From a virus, in IMG/VR virus record IMGVR_UViG_3300050821_017216, positions 55,900 to 119,899 of that record: a stretch of DNA of 64,000 bases; one strand, 5' to 3'. Every line of letters begins with the position of its first letter. Within the stretch, counting starts at the first letter, position 1. Below are positions 55,901 through 63,998 of this stretch, piece after piece. The notes beneath the pieces were generated by a model that made no database searches, was not told the origin of the DNA, and saw only the letters and a program-made list of their open reading frames with translations. Made by a program: the position numbers and the translations under genes.

Positions 55901-56585
55901 GGCCGCGGTGCAGGCAGTCGCTGACCACGCCGCGCAGGTGGCGACCTCCGCACCGCCCGGAACGCCCCCGGCCGACGTCCACGCAGCCGCCACGCAGGCC
56001 GCGCAGTCGGTCGCCGCAGACGACCACCCCGCGGTCGCCAACCACCCCGCGGTGCAGGCAGCCATCCAGGCTGCAGCGACCGCAGCGACGGCGGCGGCTC
56101 CCGCCGCCAACGCCGCAGCCCCGGCACCTGCCGTGACCGCAGCCGCCACGCAGGCCGCGCAGTCGGCGGCCGCGCCCCACGCGGACGCCAACAAGCCCGC
56201 CGTCGCGGCTGCCGTCCAGGCAGCGGCGAACGGCGCCGCGCAGGCGGCGGCCGCCGCTCCCCCGGGGACGCCCACCGCGGTCGTCCAGCAAGCCGCCAAG
56301 GACGGTGCGCAGGCGGCAGCCGCCGCGCACGGTGCTGCCGCGGATCACCCCGCTGTCCAAGCCGCCGTCAAAGCTGCGGCGCCGGCAGCGGCGAACGCCG
56401 CCGCACCCGCGGCGGGGACCTCCGGTGTGGGTTTCCCGCCCCGGAACCTCCAGATCGGACCGACCAAGCTGCCGAAGCCTCAGGGCCCCCAGCCGCCGGA
56501 GTCCGACTGCGGCTGCCTGAACGACAGCCCGTACCTCGGCTTCGTCGGTGAGGAGGAGGAGACCGACCTCCTCTACACGAACTGA
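52968..56585 (+). CDS. Large multi-module putative core protein: histone H1-like K/R-rich region, two hydrophobic helices, duplicated helical domain, Ala/Pro tail
   Basis: 1205 aa, internal RBS plus ATG at 53442 (MAAKKKTTRR), AESRR repeats. Confidence 0.85.
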   Translation: MGAYKHRLAELSAARERVGRRTAGHRASASRRPVLAPRRAGAPARREVRIGTVIPSRYVPPPPPPPPPDYDPPPPSLDVEDRRKRSAMQTQSLLFSRAEGWTVEKAKVWAKKHGHKSNKVDVTDQYVRLRQLDPKGFQVKRTVPFGKGIRAVVAREETMAAKKKTTRRPAAKRTAARRKPAAKPKAPPKRRTAPKKSKPATTRVVSARRPARKVRASGRRATEARRPKKRAVRAQTKRTYARAKSKVAESRRPKKRAVSRKPSGQVMAKRKVRSTRSKGRRTVQAWHGDSAGHSKAAKKGWKTRKAGKPSKPSKASRTTKTAAESRRPKRRTTRETPRVAATRRPTKRTYARAKSKVAESRRPAKKRGSSRRVREATRVASPRSYRKSRVVRAPSLGSIARTAGQMGAEIGTAVAGYLIADGIDRFLATYDPSGTAKPANKFTSDGAGTLANALNVASPPDMWRYGALAAMTLVPLGGSLLAKNPMVRAGVEGIGLGAGVKLFTTLWSHVLMPMLVGKDTSVPALRKSWIARLYPAEVSASLNIKSGKADVSSGGATSTAGTLSGGSDRDAGPFALGDRFARGRGDRHDWVAPSPWPTAAVPAAPAYDPSIVDTSIPAPPVQPAWPARWGEHHRWGLRGVGDAVQDMTATIAAQTGVHPAHAVNAAMHAAAEPADLTQALQRALPHVNRDVLRETARHLHPHVVRMHLHSRYPREHGEWESERAGEGFPAPDHDAPEQEWREWHGKRAAAGLPQAPPPPEPPPLTPATPVHLRTRFEWQPKSGREITSDRYPTTQQVLGIGAPYASGNPGQPGLGEAFSDAVQTVAATVPDMPLENAVNATAFAAAEPCNLVRAFERAMPQIRRELARQCAVRVDPYIRTIHDQTGVPLPAAPGAPAAPAPGLPAAPPAVPGAPLSLAPLFKPSPPPPSWTRSEAEWHVQEKSDWDRSHASPVVVAAATQAAQAAAAPHPDADHPAVQAAVQAVADHAAQVATSAPPGTPPADVHAAATQAAQSVAADDHPAVANHPAVQAAIQAAATAATAAAPAANAAAPAPAVTAAATQAAQSAAAPHADANKPAVAAAVQAAANGAAQAAAAAPPGTPTAVVQQAAKDGAQAAAAAHGAAADHPAVQAAVKAAAPAAANAAAPAAGTSGVGFPPRNLQIGPTKLPKPQGPQPPESDCGCLNDSPYLGFVGEEEETDLLYTN
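53672..54056 (+). repeat. Perfect 55-nt coding repeat (53672-53726, 54002-54056)
   Basis: TKRTYARAKSKVAESRRP twice. Confidence 0.9.
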
Positions 56586-56700
56586 CCGGCGCGGCGGCAC
56601 CCGCGAGCGAACGAACCCCTAGAGACCCACTTCCAAAAAAGCAACACCACCACCCCCGCAGCGGACCAAGAACCGGCGGGGCACGAAAGAGAGAAAGACC

Positions 56701-58020
56701 ATGGCTCGGAACCTTTTGACCAAGAAGTCGATCAAGTTCGGCGGCGAGAGCCGCGAGAAGGTGCAGCGCGTCCCGTTCGGCCTGGGCGCCCCGCCCGGCG
56801 ACGAGGCGGCCGCGCAGAAGTGCCTCCGGTGCGGGTTCGGCAACGTGCCCGTCGTCGAGGAGGTGGTCTGGACGATCCCGCTCCCGCTGACGCCCGAAGA
56901 GGCGCAGACGACGTTCGGCGACACCGTCAACCCGCTCTCGGGTTCCTCGGCAGTCCCCGGCGTCGCGAGCATCGACTCGACGTTCCTCATCAACGGCATC
57001 CTGCAGACGGACATCCTTGCCCAGGGCATCGGCGTCCACGTCTTCTGCGAGCCGATGACGTTCTCCACGATCGGCAACGCGTTCGTCGCGCCGGACGTTC
57101 AGGGATCGACCACCGCGAGCCCCGACGTGGTCACCTTTGCCGACGTGAACAACGGAGCACTCGGCGGGGACATGACGTTCGAGGCTCCCGCCGTCTTCGA
57201 GTGGGGCGCTGCGACCTGGCGCGCGGGCTGGAACTTCATCAACGCCTACCAGTTCCAGTGGAAGACATCCCAGCGCGAGCTCGTGCTCAACGAGCTGGCG
57301 GCCGACATCTCGTACTTCGGGTCCTTCGCGGACGCCGAGGCGAGCGGCACGAGCGAGCTGCCGATCGCCGAGTTCGTCGCGCTCGTCAACGCGACGTACC
57401 GCGCGAAAGACTCCGCCACGATCTTCGTCGGGGTCACCCACCGCAGGGTGGGTAGCGTCACCACCGCCGGCGGTGGTGGTGGTGGGCTCCCGCCCGCAAC
57501 CGGCAACGTCGGCATCTTCCACCCGACGCGCGACTTCGACCTCGCGCCCGTCACCTGGGGCGGTCTCCGGTGGCAGGGGTACGGATGCCGCGGGCAGATG
57601 TACCGGCCCGTCGAGAGCCCGTGCTTCCTCGAGCGCGGTATCCCGATCGGGATGATCTTCATCGCGCAGGACGCCGTGCACCAGGCGCAGATGATCGAGT
57701 CGCTCACGATCGACAACGAGCCGTTCGGCATCAACGTGCTGCCGGACATCAACATGAGCCAGTTGAGCTCGGTGGGGACTCCCGGAGTCATCGCGGCGGG
57801 TGCCGTCGGCAGCAGCGCCGCCAACCTCGTCATGCTCGAGCAGACGCTCGACTCGACGCCGGCGTACGCCACGACGGTCGTCAACACCAACCGCCAGGTC
57901 TTCAAGGGCGGCATCCTCAAGCTCGGGATCAAGATCAAGGGCTGGGAGATGCCGGGCGGCTGGAAGGCGTACTGCTCGGAGAAGGGCATCCGCGGCTTGC
58001 CCAAGCACAACGAGGGCTGA
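56701..58020 (+). CDS. Candidate major capsid protein, jelly-roll-like (large subunit)
   Basis: 439 aa, beta-rich, strongly biased codons, followed by a terminator. PCFLERGIPIGMIF..LGIKIKGWE resembles the terminal strands of single jelly rolls. Confidence 0.55.
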   Translation: MARNLLTKKSIKFGGESREKVQRVPFGLGAPPGDEAAAQKCLRCGFGNVPVVEEVVWTIPLPLTPEEAQTTFGDTVNPLSGSSAVPGVASIDSTFLINGILQTDILAQGIGVHVFCEPMTFSTIGNAFVAPDVQGSTTASPDVVTFADVNNGALGGDMTFEAPAVFEWGAATWRAGWNFINAYQFQWKTSQRELVLNELAADISYFGSFADAEASGTSELPIAEFVALVNATYRAKDSATIFVGVTHRRVGSVTTAGGGGGGLPPATGNVGIFHPTRDFDLAPVTWGGLRWQGYGCRGQMYRPVESPCFLERGIPIGMIFIAQDAVHQAQMIESLTIDNEPFGINVLPDINMSQLSSVGTPGVIAAGAVGSSAANLVMLEQTLDSTPAYATTVVNTNRQVFKGGILKLGIKIKGWEMPGGWKAYCSEKGIRGLPKHNEG

Positions 58021-58052
58021 TCGCGAGTCACCACTGAGTAGTGGTTGATTGG

Positions 58053-58095
58053 ACGGGCGGCGGTCGCGAGAGCGAGCCGCCGCCCGTTCTTTTTT
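58053..58095 (+). terminator. Rho-independent terminator
   Basis: 15-bp GC stem with one bulge, GAGA tetraloop, TCTTTTTT tail. Confidence 0.85.
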
Positions 58096-58115
58096 GAGGT
58101 ACTCTGGAGGACGTC

Positions 58116-58715
58116 ATGCAGCCGAAAAGCGAGAACGTAAGCGACCTGGCCATCTGGGCCCCGAAGATCGCCTACGCGATGGTGGTGGGCGTCCCGCGCG
58201 TCCCGTTCGTCGTCGACATCCCGATCCAGTTCACCTCGAGCGCCGTCGACGCGCCCGCGATCGTCGCGAGCTTCGACAACAACCTCACGCAGGACACGAT
58301 CATCGAGAAGATCGCGTTCACGCTCTTCCAGCAGAACACGTTCCCCGGCAGCCCGTTCCAGAGCCTGTACTTCAGCCAGCTGAAGAACCAGACCGGCGTC
58401 GGCGTCAAGGTCGACGTCTACGGAGCTCCCAGGTACAGCGTGCAGGATACACACATCGACCTCGCGAACTTCGCCGACGTCATGGCGGTCACGTGGCCGA
58501 ACGGGTGGCTTTTGCCAAAACAAAGTAACGTGAAATTGTCGGCGATCCTGTTCCAGACGCCGGTGAGCGTCCCGTTCAACGTCAACGTCACATTTTTGGG
58601 GTGGAGCTCGCTAGATCCCGACATTGACGGACTCTCCGATGATGACGCGCGCTGCCGGCTCCGCAAACTCGGCTTCGACGTCCCGGACCTGTCGATCCTA
58701 CTGGCCAGGCCGTGA
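58116..58715 (+). CDS. Candidate second capsid protein, single jelly-roll-like (small subunit)
   Basis: 199 aa, alternating beta pattern, WLLPKQSNVKLS..NVNVTFLGW. Confidence 0.55.
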   Translation: MQPKSENVSDLAIWAPKIAYAMVVGVPRVPFVVDIPIQFTSSAVDAPAIVASFDNNLTQDTIIEKIAFTLFQQNTFPGSPFQSLYFSQLKNQTGVGVKVDVYGAPRYSVQDTHIDLANFADVMAVTWPNGWLLPKQSNVKLSAILFQTPVSVPFNVNVTFLGWSSLDPDIDGLSDDDARCRLRKLGFDVPDLSILLARP

Positions 58716-58773
58716 CCACTCGGTTCACCGCCTTCAACGTCACCACCAGCGAAGTCGCGCGGGCGGTGGCGTG

Positions 58774-59679
58774 ATGCGCTGGAACAACGAGGCGAAGCTC
58801 ATCAGGCTGGCCAGCTACCCCGGCGGCGTCGCCGAGGGCGTCCGCACGCGCTTCTACCCAGGTCGCCACGAGATCGTCCCCGCCACGATCGACCCTTCCG
58901 TCGCGCTCATCGGCAGCGACCCCTTCCTCGGCACGTCGGTCGGTACGGGCCTGCTCGTCCCATCGACACCGACCGCGGCGCTCGTCCCCGCCGGAGCGTC
59001 CCCGTCCGAGTACCGCTACCTCTGCCTGCTCGCCCGCGAGCAGTTCGCCTCGGGCGAGACCGGCGTGCGGCTCACCGGCATCCGGCAGTACGCGGAGCTC
59101 GTCGCGACCGTCTCTGGCGTGGGGACGTTCCGCAAGGAGATCGTGAGCCCGCTCTGGCACCCGCCGGACGGGAACATCAGCTGGCACGTCGTCATCATCG
59201 CGAAAAACTTCATCCTGACCCGAAACGTCCAGAACGCGGACACCCTCATGTTCCGCGACAGCAAGGGACCGGCGCTGCTCTACGAGACCTTCGCAGGTCC
59301 GCAGTTCGCGCCGACCGCGTACGTGCCGCCGAACGGCGGCCGCCCGTGGGGCAAGCCCCTCGGCAGCAGCCTCGGCAACATGCACGACATGCGCTACCGC
59401 TGGCGCACCGGCTACCTCGAGCAGATGCTCGACATCCCGGTGCCGGTGCCGTGTGACGTCGCCATCGTCGCGAGCGTCCGGCAGAACGATCCGGCGACCA
59501 ACCCGGCCGCGAGCGGCCTGTCGGCCAACCAGTTCGCGGCGCTCGGCCCTGAAGACCAGTTCCTGACGGCGTACCCGGGCGCCGCCGGCGTGGGCGCGCA
59601 GTACGGTCGGATTGCCGCGTCGCTCGTCTTCAGCGAGACTTCCAGGGATCCCGTGCTGGTCGAGGAGGATGCATCATGA
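58774..59679 (+). CDS. Beta-rich structural-type protein (minor capsid/vertex candidate)
   Basis: About 301 aa, TGATG start, directly after the capsid candidates. Confidence 0.6.
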   Translation: MRWNNEAKLIRLASYPGGVAEGVRTRFYPGRHEIVPATIDPSVALIGSDPFLGTSVGTGLLVPSTPTAALVPAGASPSEYRYLCLLAREQFASGETGVRLTGIRQYAELVATVSGVGTFRKEIVSPLWHPPDGNISWHVVIIAKNFILTRNVQNADTLMFRDSKGPALLYETFAGPQFAPTAYVPPNGGRPWGKPLGSSLGNMHDMRYRWRTGYLEQMLDIPVPVPCDVAIVASVRQNDPATNPAASGLSANQFAALGPEDQFLTAYPGAAGVGAQYGRIAASLVFSETSRDPVLVEEDAS

Positions 59680-60536
59680 CAACCGGAGTCGGAGGGTGCG
59701 GTGGAGGGTGCGGGAACGCCGCGTGGGCGGTGGTCCCCGCTCGGCGCGTCCTCGATCGGTTGTCGCCGACCCCGGCGCAGGCCGCCGACATCGCGCACCG
59801 CGACGGGACCTACCAAGACTGGGTCACCGACGTACCGGTCCAGGGCCCCACGGACCCCGGGATCCGCGCGGCTGGTTGCTGGTGGAAGGAGAACGTCCTC
59901 GACAAGGTCACCGACCGGCAGGGCGCTGTCGTGCCGCGGTGGACTCAGTCCTCCACGCTCTGCATGGGGGGTCGACCCGTGAGGACCGGCGTCGCCGGTC
60001 TCGGCGAGACGATCCAGATGCACCTCGGCCCGAACCCGACGCTGACGCCGAAACCTGCGGCAGGATCGCCGCCCAACGGCGCCGCGAGCGCGCCACCTGG
60101 CGTCTGGTCCAAGCTCGCCGCCGCCGAGTCGAGCTGGGTGATGACCACCCTCACGCAGTTGAACGCGCTCATCCTCAAGGCCGGCAACAAGCCCTGCGCG
60201 ACCTGGCCGGCGGACCCGACCAAGGCTGTCCCAGCGGCGGTCGCGTGCTTCCAGGGATGGTTCAACGCAAACGGCAAGCCGGCCGAGCCGCTGCGCACCG
60301 ACGGCTCGCTCGACGAGGCGAGCCTCTGCGCGCTCGTGGCGGTCACCAAGCAGCACGCGGGCGACTTCACGGTCCCGTACCCCGGATCGCCGAACTGCGG
60401 CGGGGGTCTCTCCACCCTCGCGAAGGTCGGCATCGGTGTCGGCGCCCTGGTGGTGGTCGGTGGGACGATCGCGGCTGTCGCCGCGCACGGCAAGAAGAAG
60501 ACGCGGACGCCGCCTGCGGCGAGCCCTCAGGGCTGA
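59676..60536 (+). CDS. Membrane-anchored protein with a peptidoglycan-binding-like segment
   Basis: FQGWFN..LRTDGSLDEASL, C-terminal TM, GGRPVRTGVAGLG. Confidence 0.7.
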   Translation: MTTGVGGCGGGCGNAAWAVVPARRVLDRLSPTPAQAADIAHRDGTYQDWVTDVPVQGPTDPGIRAAGCWWKENVLDKVTDRQGAVVPRWTQSSTLCMGGRPVRTGVAGLGETIQMHLGPNPTLTPKPAAGSPPNGAASAPPGVWSKLAAAESSWVMTTLTQLNALILKAGNKPCATWPADPTKAVPAAVACFQGWFNANGKPAEPLRTDGSLDEASLCALVAVTKQHAGDFTVPYPGSPNCGGGLSTLAKVGIGVGALVVVGGTIAAVAAHGKKKTRTPPAASPQG

Positions 60537-60549
60537 GGGTGGAGTTGCG

Positions 60550-61485
60550 ATGTACGTCAGATCCTGGGAGGATGTCGCCCCGCCGGGCGTAGGCGCCGCC
60601 GACAACAGCGCGCCCGCACCCGTCAAGATCTCGACGGTCATCGCGGCCATCCGTCAGGCGGCCAAGGAGAAAGGGTTCGACCTGTCCGACCAGCTGCTCT
60701 CGCTGATGATCGGGCAGATCCGCGGCGCGGAGGGGGCCTACCCTGGCTCCGGGAGCACGTTCGCGGGCACCAACAACATCGGTGCTGCCCAGGTCACCAA
60801 GGGGCTCGTGAGCGCGAAGAAGGGTCGCCCCGGTTGGGGCGCGTTCGCGCACAAGGACACGACCCCGACCGCCAGTGGACCAAGCCCGTACATCGGGTGG
60901 TACTGGATCGCCCCGAGCCCACTCGAGGCCGCGCGCCACTGGTTTCAGGATAACTGGTGGGGGCCGGCGCTCGCGAAAGCCAACCCGCAGACCGCGACGG
61001 ACTACGCGGGCGTCGTCTACAAGGGACACTACTTCGACGGCAACCACCCGGACCCGGATCACGATCCCACGAGCGACAACGGGAAGCTGAACGTCGCCGA
61101 GTACGCGGCCGGGATCCAGCGCGGTGTGGCGTCGGCCGCGGAGTTGGCCGCGCCAGTCGATGACCCCGCGAAGGTGACCGTCGACCCAGCCAAGTTCAAG
61201 CCACCGGCGGCCCGGCAGATCACCGAGGACCTGTTCACCAAAGCCAAGAGCGGTGGTGCCGGATCCGCGTGGTCCTACATCTTGCCGAGCTCGTGGAGCG
61301 ATCTCCTCGCCTCGAACGGTGTCGTGTGGTTCGACGGGTCCATACCTGGATCGAGTCTCGCGCGTCTTGTCCGGAGACCGATCGTGGTCGCGGCGGTCGC
61401 GGCAGTAGTCGTCGTGATCGGTGGCGGTGTCTACTTGGTTACGAAACCAGTGCGGCGGCATGCGCCGGCCCCGGCCCGAGCATGA
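60550..61485 (+). CDS. Membrane-anchored glucosaminidase/FlgJ-like (GH73-like) hydrolase candidate
   Basis: GAEG..TNNIGA..SPLEAARHW..AL..A..YAGVVYKGHY, C-terminal TM. Confidence 0.55.
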   Translation: MYVRSWEDVAPPGVGAADNSAPAPVKISTVIAAIRQAAKEKGFDLSDQLLSLMIGQIRGAEGAYPGSGSTFAGTNNIGAAQVTKGLVSAKKGRPGWGAFAHKDTTPTASGPSPYIGWYWIAPSPLEAARHWFQDNWWGPALAKANPQTATDYAGVVYKGHYFDGNHPDPDHDPTSDNGKLNVAEYAAGIQRGVASAAELAAPVDDPAKVTVDPAKFKPPAARQITEDLFTKAKSGGAGSAWSYILPSSWSDLLASNGVVWFDGSIPGSSLARLVRRPIVVAAVAAVVVVIGGGVYLVTKPVRRHAPAPARA

Positions 61486-61817
61486 GACTCCGAGCGGAGT
61501 CCATCTCGCTCGCCGGTCGCCCGACGGCTGGTTTCGGGCTGGGCCAGCCGGGTGCGTGCCCGGTGTGCCCCGCGGCGCTCCCGTCCGGATCCAGCGCGGC
61601 TGATCTCCTAGACGGCGACTGGAGCGCGCTGCCCGCTGTCGCGGGCTACACCCTCGCGCGCGCCGCGCTCGTCGGGTCGGGCCTCCTCGTCGCGGGCGAG
61701 CGCACGCACGTGGTCAGGAACGCGGTCGCCGGCGCGCTCGCGATCGAGGTCTTCGTGCTCGCGTGGGCCGCGTGGAAGAAAAGGATCCGTGACAGAGTAG
61801 GAGCGACACAGCCATGA
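61482..61817 (+). CDS. Small membrane protein with the motif
   Basis: LAGRPTAGFGLG, two hydrophobic helices. Confidence 0.7.
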   Translation: MRLRAESISLAGRPTAGFGLGQPGACPVCPAALPSGSSAADLLDGDWSALPAVAGYTLARAALVGSGLLVAGERTHVVRNAVAGALAIEVFVLAWAAWKKRIRDRVGATQP

Positions 61818-62500
61818 ACACCGTATCCAGGGGCGGCCGCCCGGTCGCGTTCGGCGTGGGTGACCTGTTCCCGATCCCAATCGACAGGCGTCCCGCGCCG
61901 CCGCCCGCCCAGGTCAGGCGCCCCGCGCCGCCGCCTCCCCAGGTCGGCAGGCGCCCTGCGCCCCCGCCGCCCCAGGTGAGGCGCCCCACGCCACCGTCGC
62001 CCCGCGCGGTGGCCCACGAGGCAGCCGCCGCGCGTGCGTGGCGGCCTGAGTGGGGTGGACGCCCCGCGGGCTTCGGCGCCACCCACTGGCGCCCCGAGTG
62101 GGGCAGCCAACCCGCTTGGTTCGGCGCTCGCCAGTGGAGGCGTGAGTGGGGCGCGCAACCTCCGTGGTGGGAGGCGAGCGTCGCCGTGCAGCAGACCGCG
62201 CCGCCCGACGATCCGCCGGACGACTCCCAGCCGCCCGCGCCCTCGGACGGCGCGACCCAGGCTCCGCCGCCAGCGAGCGGCGCACCGGCTACGCCGACGG
62301 ACTCCACGGCAGCGGCAGCGGCAGCGGCATCGGCGACGACGCCGACGCCGACCACGGGCCCGGCGAGCGCGGGGGCGCCCGCGGCCGGCGGTAGCAAGTC
62401 CCTCTCTACCCTCGCGAAGGTCGGCATCGGCGCCGGCGTCGTGGTGGTCGTCGGTGGCACCGTCGCGGTCATCCTCCAGGCGGCGAGCAGCAAGAAGTAG
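61814..62500 (+). CDS. Pro-rich C-terminally anchored protein with the motif
   Basis: RGGRPVAFGVG, WRPEWG repeats, TM LSTLAKVGIGAGVVVVVGG (same as in the 59676 protein). Confidence 0.75.
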   Translation: MNTVSRGGRPVAFGVGDLFPIPIDRRPAPPPAQVRRPAPPPPQVGRRPAPPPPQVRRPTPPSPRAVAHEAAAARAWRPEWGGRPAGFGATHWRPEWGSQPAWFGARQWRREWGAQPPWWEASVAVQQTAPPDDPPDDSQPPAPSDGATQAPPPASGAPATPTDSTAAAAAAASATTPTPTTGPASAGAPAAGGSKSLSTLAKVGIGAGVVVVVGGTVAVILQAASSKK

Positions 62501-62513
62501 GAGCACCACCCCC

Positions 62514-63998
62514 ATGAGCAAGATCTTCAGGAACGGGCGCCCCGCCACGTTCGGTGTGGGCGAGAACTTCTGCCCGACCCTCCCGTACAACTGCCCGCCG
62601 CGCCCGTGGGAGCCGGATCCCGGTCCCGAGACCTCGATCCGCGACCGCCTCGGCACCGGCCGACCGCAGTCGAGCGGCGTGGGTGTGTCTGGGCTCGCGT
62701 GCTGGCCGCGCGAGTGGAAGCCGGACGAGGGGCAGACGCTCGGCATCGGCGGGCGCCCGCGGCGTGGCTCGCAGTTCGGCGTCGGCGGATCGCCGTACGC
62801 GGACTCGCTCGCCGCCGTCGGCCTGACGCCGGACAACCCGGACCCGATGTACGCGCAGCTCATGGACTTCATCCAGAACCCAGAAAAGTTCAAGAACGCG
62901 GACCCGTGCTGGCCTGGCGCGAAGGACGACAAGACGTGGTGGGAGGACCCGAAGGGCACGATCGCGCTTCAGTGGCCGTTCGGCGGCGGCAAGTGGCTCG
63001 ACAACGCGCCGAAGACCGACGCGCAGATGCGCGCCGTGTTCAAGATCCCGGACGGCACTGCGACCAAGGACTTCCTCTACCAGCTCTACGGGGTCACGAG
63101 CCCTCTCACGACGTTCCGCATCGACGCCAAGGGTCACAAGTGCAAGAGCGGCGGGTTCGACCTCGGTAGCGCGCTCGGGAAAGCCTGGGACGCCGTGAAG
63201 ACGGGGATCGGTGACGTGCGCGCGGTCGCCGACGCTCTCCACATCCCAGGCGCAAACCTGACCGCAGCGCTCCTGACCGGTGGCGACCTCGGCGAGGCGC
63301 TCAAGCAGGACGTCAACGGCTTCGTCGCCGCCGGCCAGCTCGCGGGGGCCATCGTCAGTGGCAACCCGTCCGGGATCGCTGCCGCCGCCACGTCGAGTAT
63401 CACCCAGGCCGCGCAGAAGTTCGGGATCAGTATCCCCTCCGGCGCGGTGCAGGCGGCCGCGCAGGTGGCGCAGACGGTGAGCGCGGCCGGCGGCGACCCG
63501 TCGCAGATCCTGACCCAGGCCGCGCAGCAGGCTGGCTCCACGACCCCGGCGGCCGCGATCCAGTCCGCCGTCAGCGCGATCAAGTCCGACGCCAGCCCGG
63601 ACCAGATCCTGAGCCAGCTCCCCGGAATGCCGGCGAGCGCGGTCCAGGCCGCGATCGTGGCGGCGCGCGCCGGCGGTGACCCGAGCAAGCTCGCGAACCT
63701 CGTCGCGACGACGGCGCTCGGCGACAGCTACAAGGACGCCTGGAACGTCGCGACCAACTTCGGCAAGATCAAGACGGACATGCCGGCGCCGGTGGGTCTG
63801 TCGTACGCGCCCGGGGCCAAGCCGGCCAGCTCCGCCAACCCGCACCCGATCCAGGTGCACCTAGGCGGCAAGTCGCTGACCGTGAAGGGTGGCGGCGCGT
63901 ACGGCCCCTACCCCGACAGCGGCAAGGTGTCGGCGGCACCAGCCGCCGCCGGGACGACCGCGGGCGTCGGCAACCTCGATCGCGGTGGCGGTGGGGGT
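62514..63998 (+). CDS. Large Ala/Gly-rich structural-type protein, runs off the right edge
   Basis: Frame read by hand: MSKIFRNGRPATFGVG.., with GRPQSSGVG and GGRPRRGSQFGVG. No stop to the window end. Confidence 0.8.
   Translation, partial: MSKIFRNGRPATFGVGENFCPTLPYNCPPRPWEPDPGPETSIRDRLGTGRPQSSGVGVSGLACWPREWKPDEGQTLGIGGRPRRGSQFGVGGSPYADSLAAVGLTPDNPDPMYAQLMDFIQNPEKFKNADPCWPGAKDDKTWWEDPKGTIALQWPFGGGKWLDNAPKTDAQMRAVFKIPDGTATKDFLYQLYGVTSPLTTFRIDAKGHKCKSGGFDLGSALGKAWDAVKTGIGDVRAVADALHIPGANLTAALLTGGDLGEALKQDVNGFVAAGQLAGAIVSGNPSGIAAAATSSITQAAQKFGISIPSGAVQAAAQVAQTVSAAGGDPSQILTQAAQQAGSTTPAAAIQSAVSAIKSDASPDQILSQLPGMPASAVQAAIVAARAGGDPSKLANLVATTALGDSYKDAWNVATNFGKIKTDMPAPVGLSYAPGAKPASSANPHPIQVHLGGKSLTVKGGGAYGPYPDSGKVSAAPAAAGTTAGVGNLDRGGGGG

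Noticed and set aside
52689-56600. 1303-aa minus-strand ORF
   Set aside because: Antisense shadow of the GC3-biased 52968-56585 gene, with R/G-rich non-protein-like composition
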